Below, in pieces: positions 16,736 through 24,918 of a stretch of 56,476 bases of DNA. The DNA is from a virus: the IMG/VR virus record IMGVR_UViG_3300045988_061017; one strand, 5' to 3'. A program made the position numbers and the translations under genes. The notes under the pieces are model-generated. The model did not search any database. It was given only the letters and a program-made list of their open reading frames with translations, and was not told the origin of the DNA. Numbering within the stretch: the stretch's first letter is position 1; the number at the start of each line of letters is the position of its first letter.

Positions 16736-17599
16736 ATGTTCTTTAAGAAAAAGTCATTTAACAAACCGAAGCCACCGGTTAAGAAAGTGACAAAGAAATG
16801 GGAACCGACAATTGATTTATCAAACATTGATAAGAAGAAAACGGTTGAACCCAAACAAAAAGTAGAAATAAAAACAGAAAAAATGCCGGTTGGGACATAT
16901 TCAAAAGACTTTCTGAATGAGTTTAATAAACTGACGAGGACTCATAGACCATTTGATGTTTGGAGAGATTTTGTGGTTATGTTTGCGTGTGCAATATCAA
17001 ATCCTCTTGATAAATTTCATTACAAAGACAGAGAGGAAAGATATTTGAGCATCATCCATAAATACAGTAAGGACGAACAGATGATATTTCCTAAACTGGC
17101 TGCATATACAACAATGGCTTTGGACGCTAATCCGGAACAGGATTTCTTAGGAAAAATGTTTATGGATTTAGGACTTGGTAACAGTTCAGCCGGTCAGTTC
17201 TTCACACCATATTCAGTTTGTCAGCTGATGGCAGATGTAGTTACTAGCGATTTAGACAATAATCTTCGAGATAAGTTGGAAAAGCAAGGTTATATTTCTC
17301 TTGCCGATGAATGCTGCGGAGCAGGAGCAACCCTTATAGCTGCTATTAATACTGTTAAAAGAAAGATGGAAAAAGCAACGCCATCAATGAACTTTCAAAG
17401 ACATTTGCTGGTTGTCGGACAGGATATTGATGAAACAGTTGCTCTTATGTGTTATATACAAATTTCTTTACTTGGTGTAGCCGGTTATATAAAAGTTGGA
17501 AATTCTATAACAGATCCAATGACCACAGATGATGATAAGAGCAAATACTGGTATACACCTATGTACTTTTCTGATATTTGGGTGATTAGAAGATTTTAA
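16736..17599 (+). CDS. N6-adenine DNA-methylase-like SAM-binding protein lacking the catalytic (D/N)PP(Y/F) motif
   Basis: 'GQFFTPYSV' (motif X) and 'DECCGAGATL' (motif I) are present. The ORF ends ~30 aa after 'SLLGVAG' with no NPPF/DPPY. Confidence 0.55.
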   Translation: MFFKKKSFNKPKPPVKKVTKKWEPTIDLSNIDKKKTVEPKQKVEIKTEKMPVGTYSKDFLNEFNKLTRTHRPFDVWRDFVVMFACAISNPLDKFHYKDREERYLSIIHKYSKDEQMIFPKLAAYTTMALDANPEQDFLGKMFMDLGLGNSSAGQFFTPYSVCQLMADVVTSDLDNNLRDKLEKQGYISLADECCGAGATLIAAINTVKRKMEKATPSMNFQRHLLVVGQDIDETVALMCYIQISLLGVAGYIKVGNSITDPMTTDDDKSKYWYTPMYFSDIWVIRRF

Positions 17600-17622
17600 T
17601 AACAAAGAAAGGATGACGCCAT

Positions 17623-17919
17623 ATGAAAAAGAGACATTCAATTTCTCAGAGAAAATGCGAGCAGGGACTTGTAGCCTTTTATGGTTATATAGCCGAGATG
17701 TGTAATATTGAAATTACAGAAAAAAGTACATTTGATTGTACGAAGATTTGTGTAACAAAACCTGTGCAGGATTCCATAATACGATACTATTCTGAATATC
17801 AAAAATTATCAGATGAAGAAATCGGTACAAAATTGCTTCTGTGCGGACCGAAAGCAAATCTCATAGGTGATGGATACGAAGTGGAAGTTGAGAATGGTTT
17901 TGTCATTGAGGGTGAATAA
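17623..17919 (+). CDS. hypothetical protein
   Basis: 98-aa ATG ORF, RBS gaaagga. Confidence 0.6.
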   Translation: MKKRHSISQRKCEQGLVAFYGYIAEMCNIEITEKSTFDCTKICVTKPVQDSIIRYYSEYQKLSDEEIGTKLLLCGPKANLIGDGYEVEVENGFVIEGE

Positions 17920-19131
17920 ATGGCAGGTGTTACATTAAGAGACTATCAATTAGATGCAATAAAAAGGATGAAAACAGGTTGCATTTTATGTGGTGGTGTT
18001 GGAAGTGGAAAATCCTTAACATCAATAGCTTATTACTATGTGCGAAATGGTGGAATTATTGGGACTGATATTTATGAACCAATGGACGATCCGCCTAAAG
18101 ATTTGTACATTATAACGACTGCCAGAAAGCGTGATACCTGCGAATGGGATGGAGAGTTAGCACCATTTCTATTATCTACTCATGATGATGTGAATTTATA
18201 TTCTAATAAGGTGACTGTAGACTCATGGAATAATGTGAAGAAGTATTCAGATGTAAAGGATGCTTTCTTTATATTTGATGAACAAAGAGTTGTTGGTAGC
18301 GGAACATGGGTAAAGGCATTCTTGAAGATTGCGAAAAGTAACGAATGGATTTTGTTATCTGCCACACCAGGGGACACTTGGCAGGATTATATACCGGTTT
18401 TTGTTGCGAATGGGTTCTATAAAAATAGAAGTGAATTTACAAGAGAACATATTGTTTATAGTAGATTTAGCAAGTTTCCGAAGATTGACAGATATCTTAA
18501 TACAGAACGTTTAATCAGACTTCGGAATAAAATCCTTGTTAATATGGATTTCAAACGAGAAACTGTATCACACCACGAAGATATTTATGTTGGGTATGAC
18601 TCCATTAAATATAAGGAAGTAACTAAAAATAGATGGGACCCATATAAAAATGAACCCCTCCAGAATGCAGCAGGGCTTTGCTATGTATGGCGGAAACTCG
18701 TAAATATGGATGAATCAAGACAAGTGGCTTTGCTTGAGGTTATGGAGAAGCATCCGAAAGCTATTATATTTTACAACTTTGATTATGAGTTGGAACTATT
18801 GAAAAATATTCTAACGGAATATGAAGTTGCAGAATGGAACGGTCATAAGCATCAACCAGTTCCAACAAGTGATAAATGGGCTTATCTTGTTCAATACAAT
18901 GCTGGAGCAGAAGGATGGAACTGCATCACGACAGATACAATTATATTCTTTTCACAAAATTATTCTTACAAAATAATGGCTCAATCAGCAGGAAGAATCG
19001 ACAGGATGAATACACCATTTAAAGACTTGTATTATTATCACTTGAAATCTCGCTCTGGAATTGATACAGCCATAGCCAGAGCATTAAAAGAGAAAAAGAC
19101 GTTTAATGAAAGGAGATACGTAAAATGGTAA
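17920..19131 (+). CDS. SF2 (DEAD/SNF2-like) helicase
   Basis: 'LRDYQ', Walker A 'GGVGSGKS', 'FIFDEQ' (DExx), 'LLSATPG', 'QSAGRIDR' (motif VI). Confidence 0.8.
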   Translation: MAGVTLRDYQLDAIKRMKTGCILCGGVGSGKSLTSIAYYYVRNGGIIGTDIYEPMDDPPKDLYIITTARKRDTCEWDGELAPFLLSTHDDVNLYSNKVTVDSWNNVKKYSDVKDAFFIFDEQRVVGSGTWVKAFLKIAKSNEWILLSATPGDTWQDYIPVFVANGFYKNRSEFTREHIVYSRFSKFPKIDRYLNTERLIRLRNKILVNMDFKRETVSHHEDIYVGYDSIKYKEVTKNRWDPYKNEPLQNAAGLCYVWRKLVNMDESRQVALLEVMEKHPKAIIFYNFDYELELLKNILTEYEVAEWNGHKHQPVPTSDKWAYLVQYNAGAEGWNCITTDTIIFFSQNYSYKIMAQSAGRIDRMNTPFKDLYYYHLKSRSGIDTAIARALKEKKTFNERRYVKW

Positions 19132-19592
19132 ACAATTCAGTAAAGGTAGTAGGACAAATCCGATTAGGTAGTAGTGTTCTTGATGTATATGGCGATTTAG
19201 ATGAGCCGTTATTCAAGGCAGCAGACATAGCAAATATTATTGAGTATAGTTACGGAAATACGTGGAGAATGCTTGATATGTGTGAGGCAGATGAAAAGCT
19301 GAACTTACCAATGGTAGTTGCAGGTCAGAGAAGATCAGTAAGCTTTGTGAATGAGCATGGATTGTATAGTATTCTTTCACAGAGTAGAAAAGAAATTGCT
19401 AGAGCTTGGAGAAGGGTTGTTCATGATGAACTTATTAATCTCAGACGAACAAAGGGGTTTGATATTTCTGAGCAGTTTGATGACTGGAATAATGCTATGG
19501 ACAATATATATTTCGATGAAGCAACCGGACAACTTATGCAATCAGTAACTACTCCTGGCGGAGATGTAGAGCAGATACCATATAAAGGATAG
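19125..19592 (+). CDS. Bro-N/ANT-like DNA-binding protein
   Basis: 155 aa; 'LDVYGDLDEPLFKAADIANIIEY...FVNEHGLYSILSQSR' resembles the Bro-N domain. Confidence 0.55.
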   Translation: MVNNSVKVVGQIRLGSSVLDVYGDLDEPLFKAADIANIIEYSYGNTWRMLDMCEADEKLNLPMVVAGQRRSVSFVNEHGLYSILSQSRKEIARAWRRVVHDELINLRRTKGFDISEQFDDWNNAMDNIYFDEATGQLMQSVTTPGGDVEQIPYKG

Positions 19593-19599
19593 GAGCTTT

Positions 19600-19758
19600 A
19601 TGGAAAATTTATATTTTGAAGTTGATTTTGAAAAATATTGCAAGACCTGTGAGCATAAAGACTTGGACGAGAAATGTGATCCTTGTTGCGAGTGCTTAGA
19701 CCATGGTAGCAATACACAATCAGAAAGACCTGCAAATTGGAAGGAGAAAACTCAATGA
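19600..19758 (+). CDS. small Cys-rich protein (52 aa)
   Basis: ATG after aggag; 'CKTCEH...CDPCCEC'; stop overlaps the next start (ATGA); below the ORF-track cutoff. Confidence 0.5.
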   Translation: MENLYFEVDFEKYCKTCEHKDLDEKCDPCCECLDHGSNTQSERPANWKEKTQ

Positions 19759-19937
19759 GAGATACAGTTTTAGTAAGCATTGACTATAACGACAAAACCA
19801 ATAAAGGTGTGTTGTGTGTCGGAAGACAGTTGCCGAATAAAGGCGTAGATATTGTCAATGCAATTGATGGTCCGGAAGCTAAGGAGCTGTTTGAAAAGTT
19901 AATCACGAAAAGGAGCAATAAAAATGAGCAATTATGA
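19755..19937 (+). CDS. hypothetical protein (60 aa)
   Basis: ATG at 19755 after ggaaggag (track used upstream TTG 19737). Confidence 0.55.
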   Translation: MRDTVLVSIDYNDKTNKGVLCVGRQLPNKGVDIVNAIDGPEAKELFEKLITKRSNKNEQL

Positions 19938-20055
19938 AAAATGTAATGGCTGCCCATATTATTTCGGAGAGATAGACAACTGTATGTTTGGAGAAGAAGA
20001 TGTTCCAAACAATGCAGAAAAGAAGTGTGAGGTGTCAGATGAGCTTCCAGTATGA
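19924..20055 (+). CDS. small Cys-containing protein (43 aa)
   Basis: ATG 19924; 'CNGCPYY...C...C'; fills the gap and overlaps both neighbours as in coupled phage genes. Confidence 0.4.
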   Translation: MSNYEKCNGCPYYFGEIDNCMFGEEDVPNNAEKKCEVSDELPV

Positions 20056-20956
20056 CCAATATTTAGCAAATCACAGGGCTAATGTTAAAAGAGGATTTGA
20101 CTGGCTATGTGAGAATTTACCAGATGTTACAAATGATGTTTCAGATGCAGCCTGGCAGATTGAGTTTGCTCACGATAAGTCAAAGGACGAAGAAGACGAG
20201 TATAATGCATACGACGCATATTTTTATGGAAATAACAGGTCTTATAAAGTTGTCCAGGATTATCAAAGAGCATGGCTGTCGCATATTCATAGAAACCCAC
20301 ATCACTGGCAGTATTGGATACTTATTCATGACGATATGGAAAATGGAGAACTAGAGACTATTCTTGAAATGCCATATGATTATATTGTGGAAATGATTTG
20401 TGATTGGTGGGCTTTTAGTTGGGCCAATGGCAGTCTGTATGAGATATTTAACTGGTATGCCGAACATTCTAAATTCATGAAACTTGCACCTAGAACTAGA
20501 GAAACTGTTGAAGATATTCTTGATAAGATAAAGAACAGACTTGATAGTTTAGAAATTGAACATAGCGGTGTAAAAGGAATGAAATGGGGTGTTAGAAACG
20601 GTCCTCCATATCCGATAAAAGATAACGGACGTGTTGTGTCACAAAAATCTACATTGAAAAACGCAGCTGGTAAAGATATAATTAGCGTAACTCACGTTGA
20701 ATTAACGGGAACACCTAATAGTATTACTCAAATTCAGAGAAAAAATGGTGGAATTGATCGCAACTATTATGACGGTAACGGACGACAGATAAAACAGATA
20801 AGCAATAATGATCATGGACAACCGCAACGCCATCCATATGGAAAAAATGGAGAACATGCACATGATTATGTTTACGATGAAACTGGAGAATTATGCGATC
20901 GTCCAGCTAGAGAATTAACACAGAAAGAGCGAAAGGAAAATGGTGACTTTTTATGA
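20039..20956 (+). CDS. two-part protein: His-rich N-domain + 'KGMKWG' motif + YD/His-rich C-terminal module
   Basis: ATG 20039 after gaggtg; 'HSGVKGMKWGVRNGPPYP' is paralogous to the N-terminus of 31721..32260; C-terminus 'YYDGNGRQIKQISNNDHGQPQRHPYGKNGEHAHDY'. Confidence 0.6.
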   Translation: MSFQYDQYLANHRANVKRGFDWLCENLPDVTNDVSDAAWQIEFAHDKSKDEEDEYNAYDAYFYGNNRSYKVVQDYQRAWLSHIHRNPHHWQYWILIHDDMENGELETILEMPYDYIVEMICDWWAFSWANGSLYEIFNWYAEHSKFMKLAPRTRETVEDILDKIKNRLDSLEIEHSGVKGMKWGVRNGPPYPIKDNGRVVSQKSTLKNAAGKDIISVTHVELTGTPNSITQIQRKNGGIDRNYYDGNGRQIKQISNNDHGQPQRHPYGKNGEHAHDYVYDETGELCDRPARELTQKERKENGDFL

Positions 20957-21183
20957 CGGATTTTAATGTTAAAGAATATCTTGGCAGTCTGACAAGTCAT
21001 ATTATGTTTGAATATGATGGGAAAAATTGTGGAGTAGATCCATTATCACTTGACAAATATGATATGTGGTATGGTGATAAAAGCATGACTGCTCATTCAA
21101 TTGAAGAGGTTATGGACACAAAATTCTTTGATGGGAAATCCCTTGAAGATATTTGGGATGATATAACTGATTTAGAATATTAA
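20953..21183 (+). CDS. hypothetical acidic protein (76 aa)
   Basis: ATG overlaps the upstream stop (ATGA); followed by a terminator. Confidence 0.55.
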   Translation: MTDFNVKEYLGSLTSHIMFEYDGKNCGVDPLSLDKYDMWYGDKSMTAHSIEEVMDTKFFDGKSLEDIWDDITDLEY

Positions 21184-21196
21184 TTTATATTTACGA

Positions 21197-21236
21197 AACC
21201 CATGAGTCTTTATAGGCTTGTGGGTTATTTTTTATT
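21197..21236 (+). terminator. Rho-independent terminator
   Basis: aacccatgag/cttgtgggtt 10-bp stem then attttttattt. Confidence 0.75.
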
Positions 21237-21253
21237 TAAAGGAGACGAATACA

Positions 21254-21532
21254 ATGGAAAACAATATTATTGCAGTAGATTTTGATGGAACTTTATGCGA
21301 GAACAAATACCCGGAGATTGGTGAACCAAATATGGGACTTATTGACTTTCTTATGAATTGCCAGTTGAATGGGGATAAGGTTATTCTTTGGACTTGCAGA
21401 AACGAGGAGCAGACAAAAGCGGCTGTTGACTGGTGTTCAGAGAAAGGACTTGTCTTTGATGCTGTTAATGAGAATCTTCCAGAAATTATTACCGAGTTCG
21501 GTGGAGATACCAGAAAGATATGTATACTGTGA
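21254..21532 (+). CDS. HAD-superfamily phosphatase/nucleotidase-like protein, apparently truncated by a frameshift
   Basis: ATG 21254 after aaaggaga; 'IAVDFDGTLC' (DxDGT motif I), 'ILWTCR'. Ends 'GGDTRKICIL*', while the +1 frame continues open to 21734. Confidence 0.6.
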   Translation: MENNIIAVDFDGTLCENKYPEIGEPNMGLIDFLMNCQLNGDKVILWTCRNEEQTKAAVDWCSEKGLVFDAVNENLPEIITEFGGDTRKICIL

Positions 21533-21726
21533 GGATTTCTTATACGACACAGAAAATGGCGACTTTGATACAGTTGGTGTATTCTATGTAATTACTCCAA
21601 ATGGTGAAAAAGTTAAGATTAACCGCTTCTTTGCAGAGAAAGATAATAAGTTTGAAGAAATTGATATTTTCAAATATGACGCAAGAAAAGAGGCTGCGGA
21701 GCAATTAAAGAAAGCTGGTGAAAAGA

Positions 21727-21852
21727 ATGATTAATTTCCTTTTAGGATTTGGTGTTGGCTCTATTCTCAGTGTATTTTGTTTGTGTCTATTGCAGGCTTC
21801 AAGCAAATTAGATGAAATGGAAGAAAAAATTCAGAGAGGAGCCGGAGAATGA
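21727..21852 (+). CDS. small membrane protein (41 aa)
   Basis: ATG 21727; TM 'FLLGFGVGSILSVFCLCLL'; stop overlaps the next start (ATGA). Confidence 0.45.
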   Translation: MINFLLGFGVGSILSVFCLCLLQASSKLDEMEEKIQRGAGE

Positions 21853-22163
21853 ACAGAACTAGATTTATTAAAGGTTTAAATAGTAATATCGAACTTTCTG
21901 ATAAAGAGAGAAGACGAGCTATACGAAATAGCATAAATAAGAGACCTTGGAAATTGAATTGCACTATTGCAATGGAGGAATTTGCAGAACTCGCACAGCA
22001 GGTTAGCAAACAAATTAGAGGTTATGGTGACAGAATCGGACTCATAGAAGAGATGGCAGATGCTTATATTTGCTTGAAGCTTCTGGAGTCCATTTTTAAT
22101 ATTTCGCCAGAAGATATGCAGAAAGCAATTGATGTGAAGATGGACAGAGAAAGGAAAAGATAG
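21849..22163 (+). CDS. MazG-like nucleotide pyrophosphohydrolase
   Basis: 104 aa; 'AMEEFAELAQQV...LIEEMADAYICL' fits the EExxE...ExxD MazG helix pair. Confidence 0.55.
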   Translation: MNRTRFIKGLNSNIELSDKERRRAIRNSINKRPWKLNCTIAMEEFAELAQQVSKQIRGYGDRIGLIEEMADAYICLKLLESIFNISPEDMQKAIDVKMDRERKR

Positions 22164-22360
22164 TGAATCGAACAACAAAAATTAATGTACTTGCATATGC
22201 TTCACGGCCAGAAATGGATATCAACTACTTCGGAGATATTGTGGAATATCAGGGAAAAAGATATTTTGTCAGCCTCTCCGAAGAAGTGGTTGAATTTCGT
22301 GGGATTGTGAAAGAAAGTGGCATAGTAAGCGATATGGAAAATTTGGAAGCGAGGAGGTAA
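22163..22360 (+). CDS. hypothetical protein (65 aa)
   Basis: GTG start overlapping the upstream TAG; RBS aaaggaaaag. Confidence 0.5.
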   Translation: MNRTTKINVLAYASRPEMDINYFGDIVEYQGKRYFVSLSEEVVEFRGIVKESGIVSDMENLEARR

Positions 22361-22364
22361 TAAA

Positions 22365-22651
22365 ATGATATTTGTAATTAACAACCTTAAATACGATACT
22401 ACCAAAATGGAGTTGATATCAATAAAATGTGAATATAAATATACCGGAACGATGCTTAATATGACTCTCTCAGATATAGTGGAAAAAATGTAAAGATATT
22501 CAAAAGTTTAAAAAATCATTGGCTTTTGACATATGAAACAGATTATAAAAATTGTGCAGTCGCATTGTCTGAGGAAGAAGCTAAGAAATATCTTATGCAT
22601 TATGATTTAGAAGCATATGAAAAATATTTTGGAGAATTGGAGGAAGCGTAA
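22365..22651 (+). pseudogene. Frameshifted gene (needs -1 shift at the A6 run 22483..22488); hypothetical protein
   Basis: ATG 22365 after gaggagg reads 42 codons to TAA 22491. The -1 frame is open from ~22462 to TAA 22649 ('...NVKIFKSLKNHWLLTYETDYKNCAVALSEEEAKKYLMHYDLEAYEKYFGELEEA') with no start codon of its own. Confidence 0.65.
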
Positions 22652-22927
22652 ATGATTTAATTAATTGAGTTTAAAGCTGAACTAATAACTCGTTGGTATG
22701 AAATAGCACCTTTTTCAGAAATATCAATATGCGAGGATGACCGTTATGGAGGTTTATTAAAGATACATATTGAATGGATTTGCAGAGGGACGGTACGTTG
22801 CTATGATACTTTACTTAGTTACAGTGAACTTTCAGACGCAAAATATAATGCGATGGATACTATATTAAACACGCTCACAGGAGCTTATTATTCAACACTT
22901 CTTTTAAAGAATAAGGAGAAATTATGA
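22652..22927 (+). pseudogene. Gene with in-frame TAA at codon 3 (ATG ATT TAA ...), otherwise an 88-codon open frame
   Basis: ATG 22652 sits 7 nt after ggagga. After TAA (22658..22660) the same frame stays open to TGA 22925..22927, which overlaps the next ATG. There is no internal ATG/GTG/TTG until 22 codons before the stop. Confidence 0.6.
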
Positions 22928-23106
22928 TTAGATTAATAGTAGATGGATATTGTGAAAACTGTCCTGAATTTTGTGCTGATGTAGAAAAAACACATGTATA
23001 CACCGATGAATTACAGATCACTAACACAGTAATTATGTGTGAGCATAGAAACAGATGTAAATGCATAAAAGACATGTTGCAAAAAGAGGTAAGAAGAAAT
23101 GATTAA
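22924..23106 (+). CDS. small Cys-rich protein (60 aa)
   Basis: ATG after aaggaga; 'CENCPEFC...CEHRNRCKC'. Confidence 0.6.
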   Translation: MIRLIVDGYCENCPEFCADVEKTHVYTDELQITNTVIMCEHRNRCKCIKDMLQKEVRRND

Positions 23107-23236
23107 AAAAATAGTAGCTTTGACGATGCGTTCTTTTGTCAAGTTGTATTTTAAATTAGACAACGAATGTGATTGTTACTGTATTGGAACCAATGGTGAT
23201 GATGACGATTTTGATATTCATAGAAGGAGGTATTAG
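23099..23236 (+). CDS. small protein (45 aa)
   Basis: ATG 23099 overlapping the upstream end; ends 2 nt before the next ATG; below the track cutoff. Confidence 0.4.
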   Translation: MIKKIVALTMRSFVKLYFKLDNECDCYCIGTNGDDDDFDIHRRRY

Positions 23237-23238
23237 GC

Positions 23239-23952
23239 ATGATTAAATTAGAACACGTAGTTCTGGCGAGTCCGGAGCAGATGGAGTTTATTGTTGAAGG
23301 TATGCGTAATCCTATGAATAGCTGGGAGAAAAGCGATAGTGGAAATGGTTGCGATTCAGATTTGTGTTCGGGTCCTTGTGCATTTAGCCCTCAATGGTGT
23401 GGTAATACCCCAAGATATGTATTAGGCGAAAACGATTACACTCTTATGCAGAAACTATCCAAAGCCGGTACAGATCATAGAAAATTTATGAGGATGATGC
23501 CGGTGTATGTGAGAATTACAGCACCTTTATATTGGTGGAAGGAGTTTGATACCTATAAGGTTGGAACGGTTACTAATAGTTGCAGTACGATGCACAAGAT
23601 TGCTGCGAAAGAATTTACTATGGATGACTTCAGTTGTGAGAAACTCAATCGTATTGGAACTAGCTCTTTATGGGACACTATTGATATTCTGAATATGGCT
23701 AGAACTTTATATTTGGAAGGTGGAGATTATAAAGGAGAGCATTATGATTCAAAAGACAAACAAGTATGGTGGCAGATGATTCAACTTCTTCCAAGCAGTT
23801 ATAACCAGACACGCAACGTTATGCTTAACTATGAGATATTATCAAATATTTATAAGTCTCGTAAGGAACATAAGCTGGATGAGTGGAGGGAATTCTGCCG
23901 ATGGATTGAAACGCTTCCTTATAGTGAGTTGATTACTGGAGGTATGGAATGA
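23239..23952 (+). CDS. hypothetical protein (possible ThyX-like fold; very tentative)
   Basis: 237 aa, RBS gaaggagg. 'APLYWWKEFDTYKVGTVTNSCSTMH' loosely recalls the ThyX core, but the RHRxxS motif is absent. Confidence 0.3.
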   Translation: MIKLEHVVLASPEQMEFIVEGMRNPMNSWEKSDSGNGCDSDLCSGPCAFSPQWCGNTPRYVLGENDYTLMQKLSKAGTDHRKFMRMMPVYVRITAPLYWWKEFDTYKVGTVTNSCSTMHKIAAKEFTMDDFSCEKLNRIGTSSLWDTIDILNMARTLYLEGGDYKGEHYDSKDKQVWWQMIQLLPSSYNQTRNVMLNYEILSNIYKSRKEHKLDEWREFCRWIETLPYSELITGGME

Positions 23953-23969
23953 ATGATAAGGAGAAGTAA

Positions 23970-24206
23970 ATGTATATGATTAGTGGGTTCGGTTACAGAA
24001 ATCCAGAAGGTTATCCGGACCCAACTGCGTATAGTGCAATAAATAATGTAGAGAAAGCACAGGTGGAAACCAAGGTATCACCAGAAGATGAAGAACGTTT
24101 TCACAAGCTTTTAAATACTATATTTACTATATGTGAGTTGGCTGGATTTCATATTGAAGGAAGAATTGCTATAAAAGACTGTAAAACAGGTAAAATTTGG
24201 AGGTAA
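23970..24206 (+). CDS. hypothetical protein
   Basis: 78-aa ATG ORF, RBS aaggaga. Confidence 0.6.
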   Translation: MYMISGFGYRNPEGYPDPTAYSAINNVEKAQVETKVSPEDEERFHKLLNTIFTICELAGFHIEGRIAIKDCKTGKIWR

Positions 24207-24210
24207 CGGT

Positions 24211-24450
24211 ATGGAATATGATGATATTTTACAGACATTATGTGATGTGTGGGAAAGAGTTAAGGAAGCCATGAGGAAATTTGCCGAACGAATGAGGGAA
24301 CTTTTCGGAAGATTATCTAAGGTTATCGAGCCTGGAAAGCCTATAAAGGTGACAGATTATCGCTGTTATAGGGACTTTTACGTTCGTGCAGAGTATACAT
24401 ATATTCCTATATTCCGCAGAAATATGCCATATCACAGAAGAAATTTTTAA
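24211..24450 (+). CDS. hypothetical protein
   Basis: 79-aa ATG ORF, RBS ggaggt. Confidence 0.6.
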   Translation: MEYDDILQTLCDVWERVKEAMRKFAERMRELFGRLSKVIEPGKPIKVTDYRCYRDFYVRAEYTYIPIFRRNMPYHRRNF

Positions 24451-24471
24451 TATTTGGAGGTGAATTCGCAG

Positions 24472-24657
24472 GTGAATAAGCGTGGAAGACCGCCTAGAGA
24501 CGACGGAGAAGTGAAAAATAAACAGTATAGATTGCGTTTGTCGGACGGTGAGGAGTCTATTTTGGACGAATTATCGACTGAATACGGTATGCCAAAGGCT
24601 GAAATTCTGAGAAGAGGATTGAGAATGCAGCATAATTTACTGAGACATACTGGGTAA
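24472..24657 (+). CDS. ribbon-helix-helix (CopG/Arc/MobC-like) DNA-binding protein
   Basis: GTG 24472, 9 nt after tggaggtg; 'YRLRLSDGEESILDELSTEYGMPKAEILRRGL' has the beta-strand/helix/helix layout of RHH proteins; lies next to palindromic boxes. Confidence 0.55.
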   Translation: MNKRGRPPRDDGEVKNKQYRLRLSDGEESILDELSTEYGMPKAEILRRGLRMQHNLLRHTG

Positions 24658-24681
24658 ATTGATGAAAATTGGCTGAATTCA

Positions 24682-24918
24682 TGGATATCCATTTAATCAT
24701 TTTCGGTCATTTTCTGCCCACTTTTGAAAAAATAAAAACGGGCAGGAACTGAAAAAAATGGTCAAAAGTGCGAAAAATATTTAGTGGATATCCAACTTTG
24801 GTCAAAAATTTGGGTTTTCTGCCCACTTTTTAAAACGTTTTTGTCCATAGACTGAATGCCTGCAAACCCAGTATTTATGCGGGTTCCGAGTTCTTGGATA
24901 TCCAACTTTGGTCAAAAA
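24682..24918. repeat. Iteron-rich non-coding region: 3x palindrome TGGATATCCA, 2x 24-mer, 2x 16-mer, several GGTCAAAA boxes
   Basis: TGGATATCCA at 24682, 24785 and 24895; tggatatccaactttggtcaaaaa at 24785..24808 and 24895..24918; ttttctgcccactttt at 24710 and 24815; AT-rich stretch 24940..25000 follows. Confidence 0.8.

Noticed and set aside
21369-21734. 121-aa track ORF as an independent gene
   Set aside because: Its first 55 codons overlap the HAD-like gene out of frame and it has no RBS. It is better explained as the downstream part of a frameshifted HAD-like gene (see findings).
24682-24918. A CRISPR array
   Set aside because: The repeats are of several different kinds, irregularly spaced (about 100 bp apart, only 2-3 copies) and partly palindromic. 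No cas genes are present.
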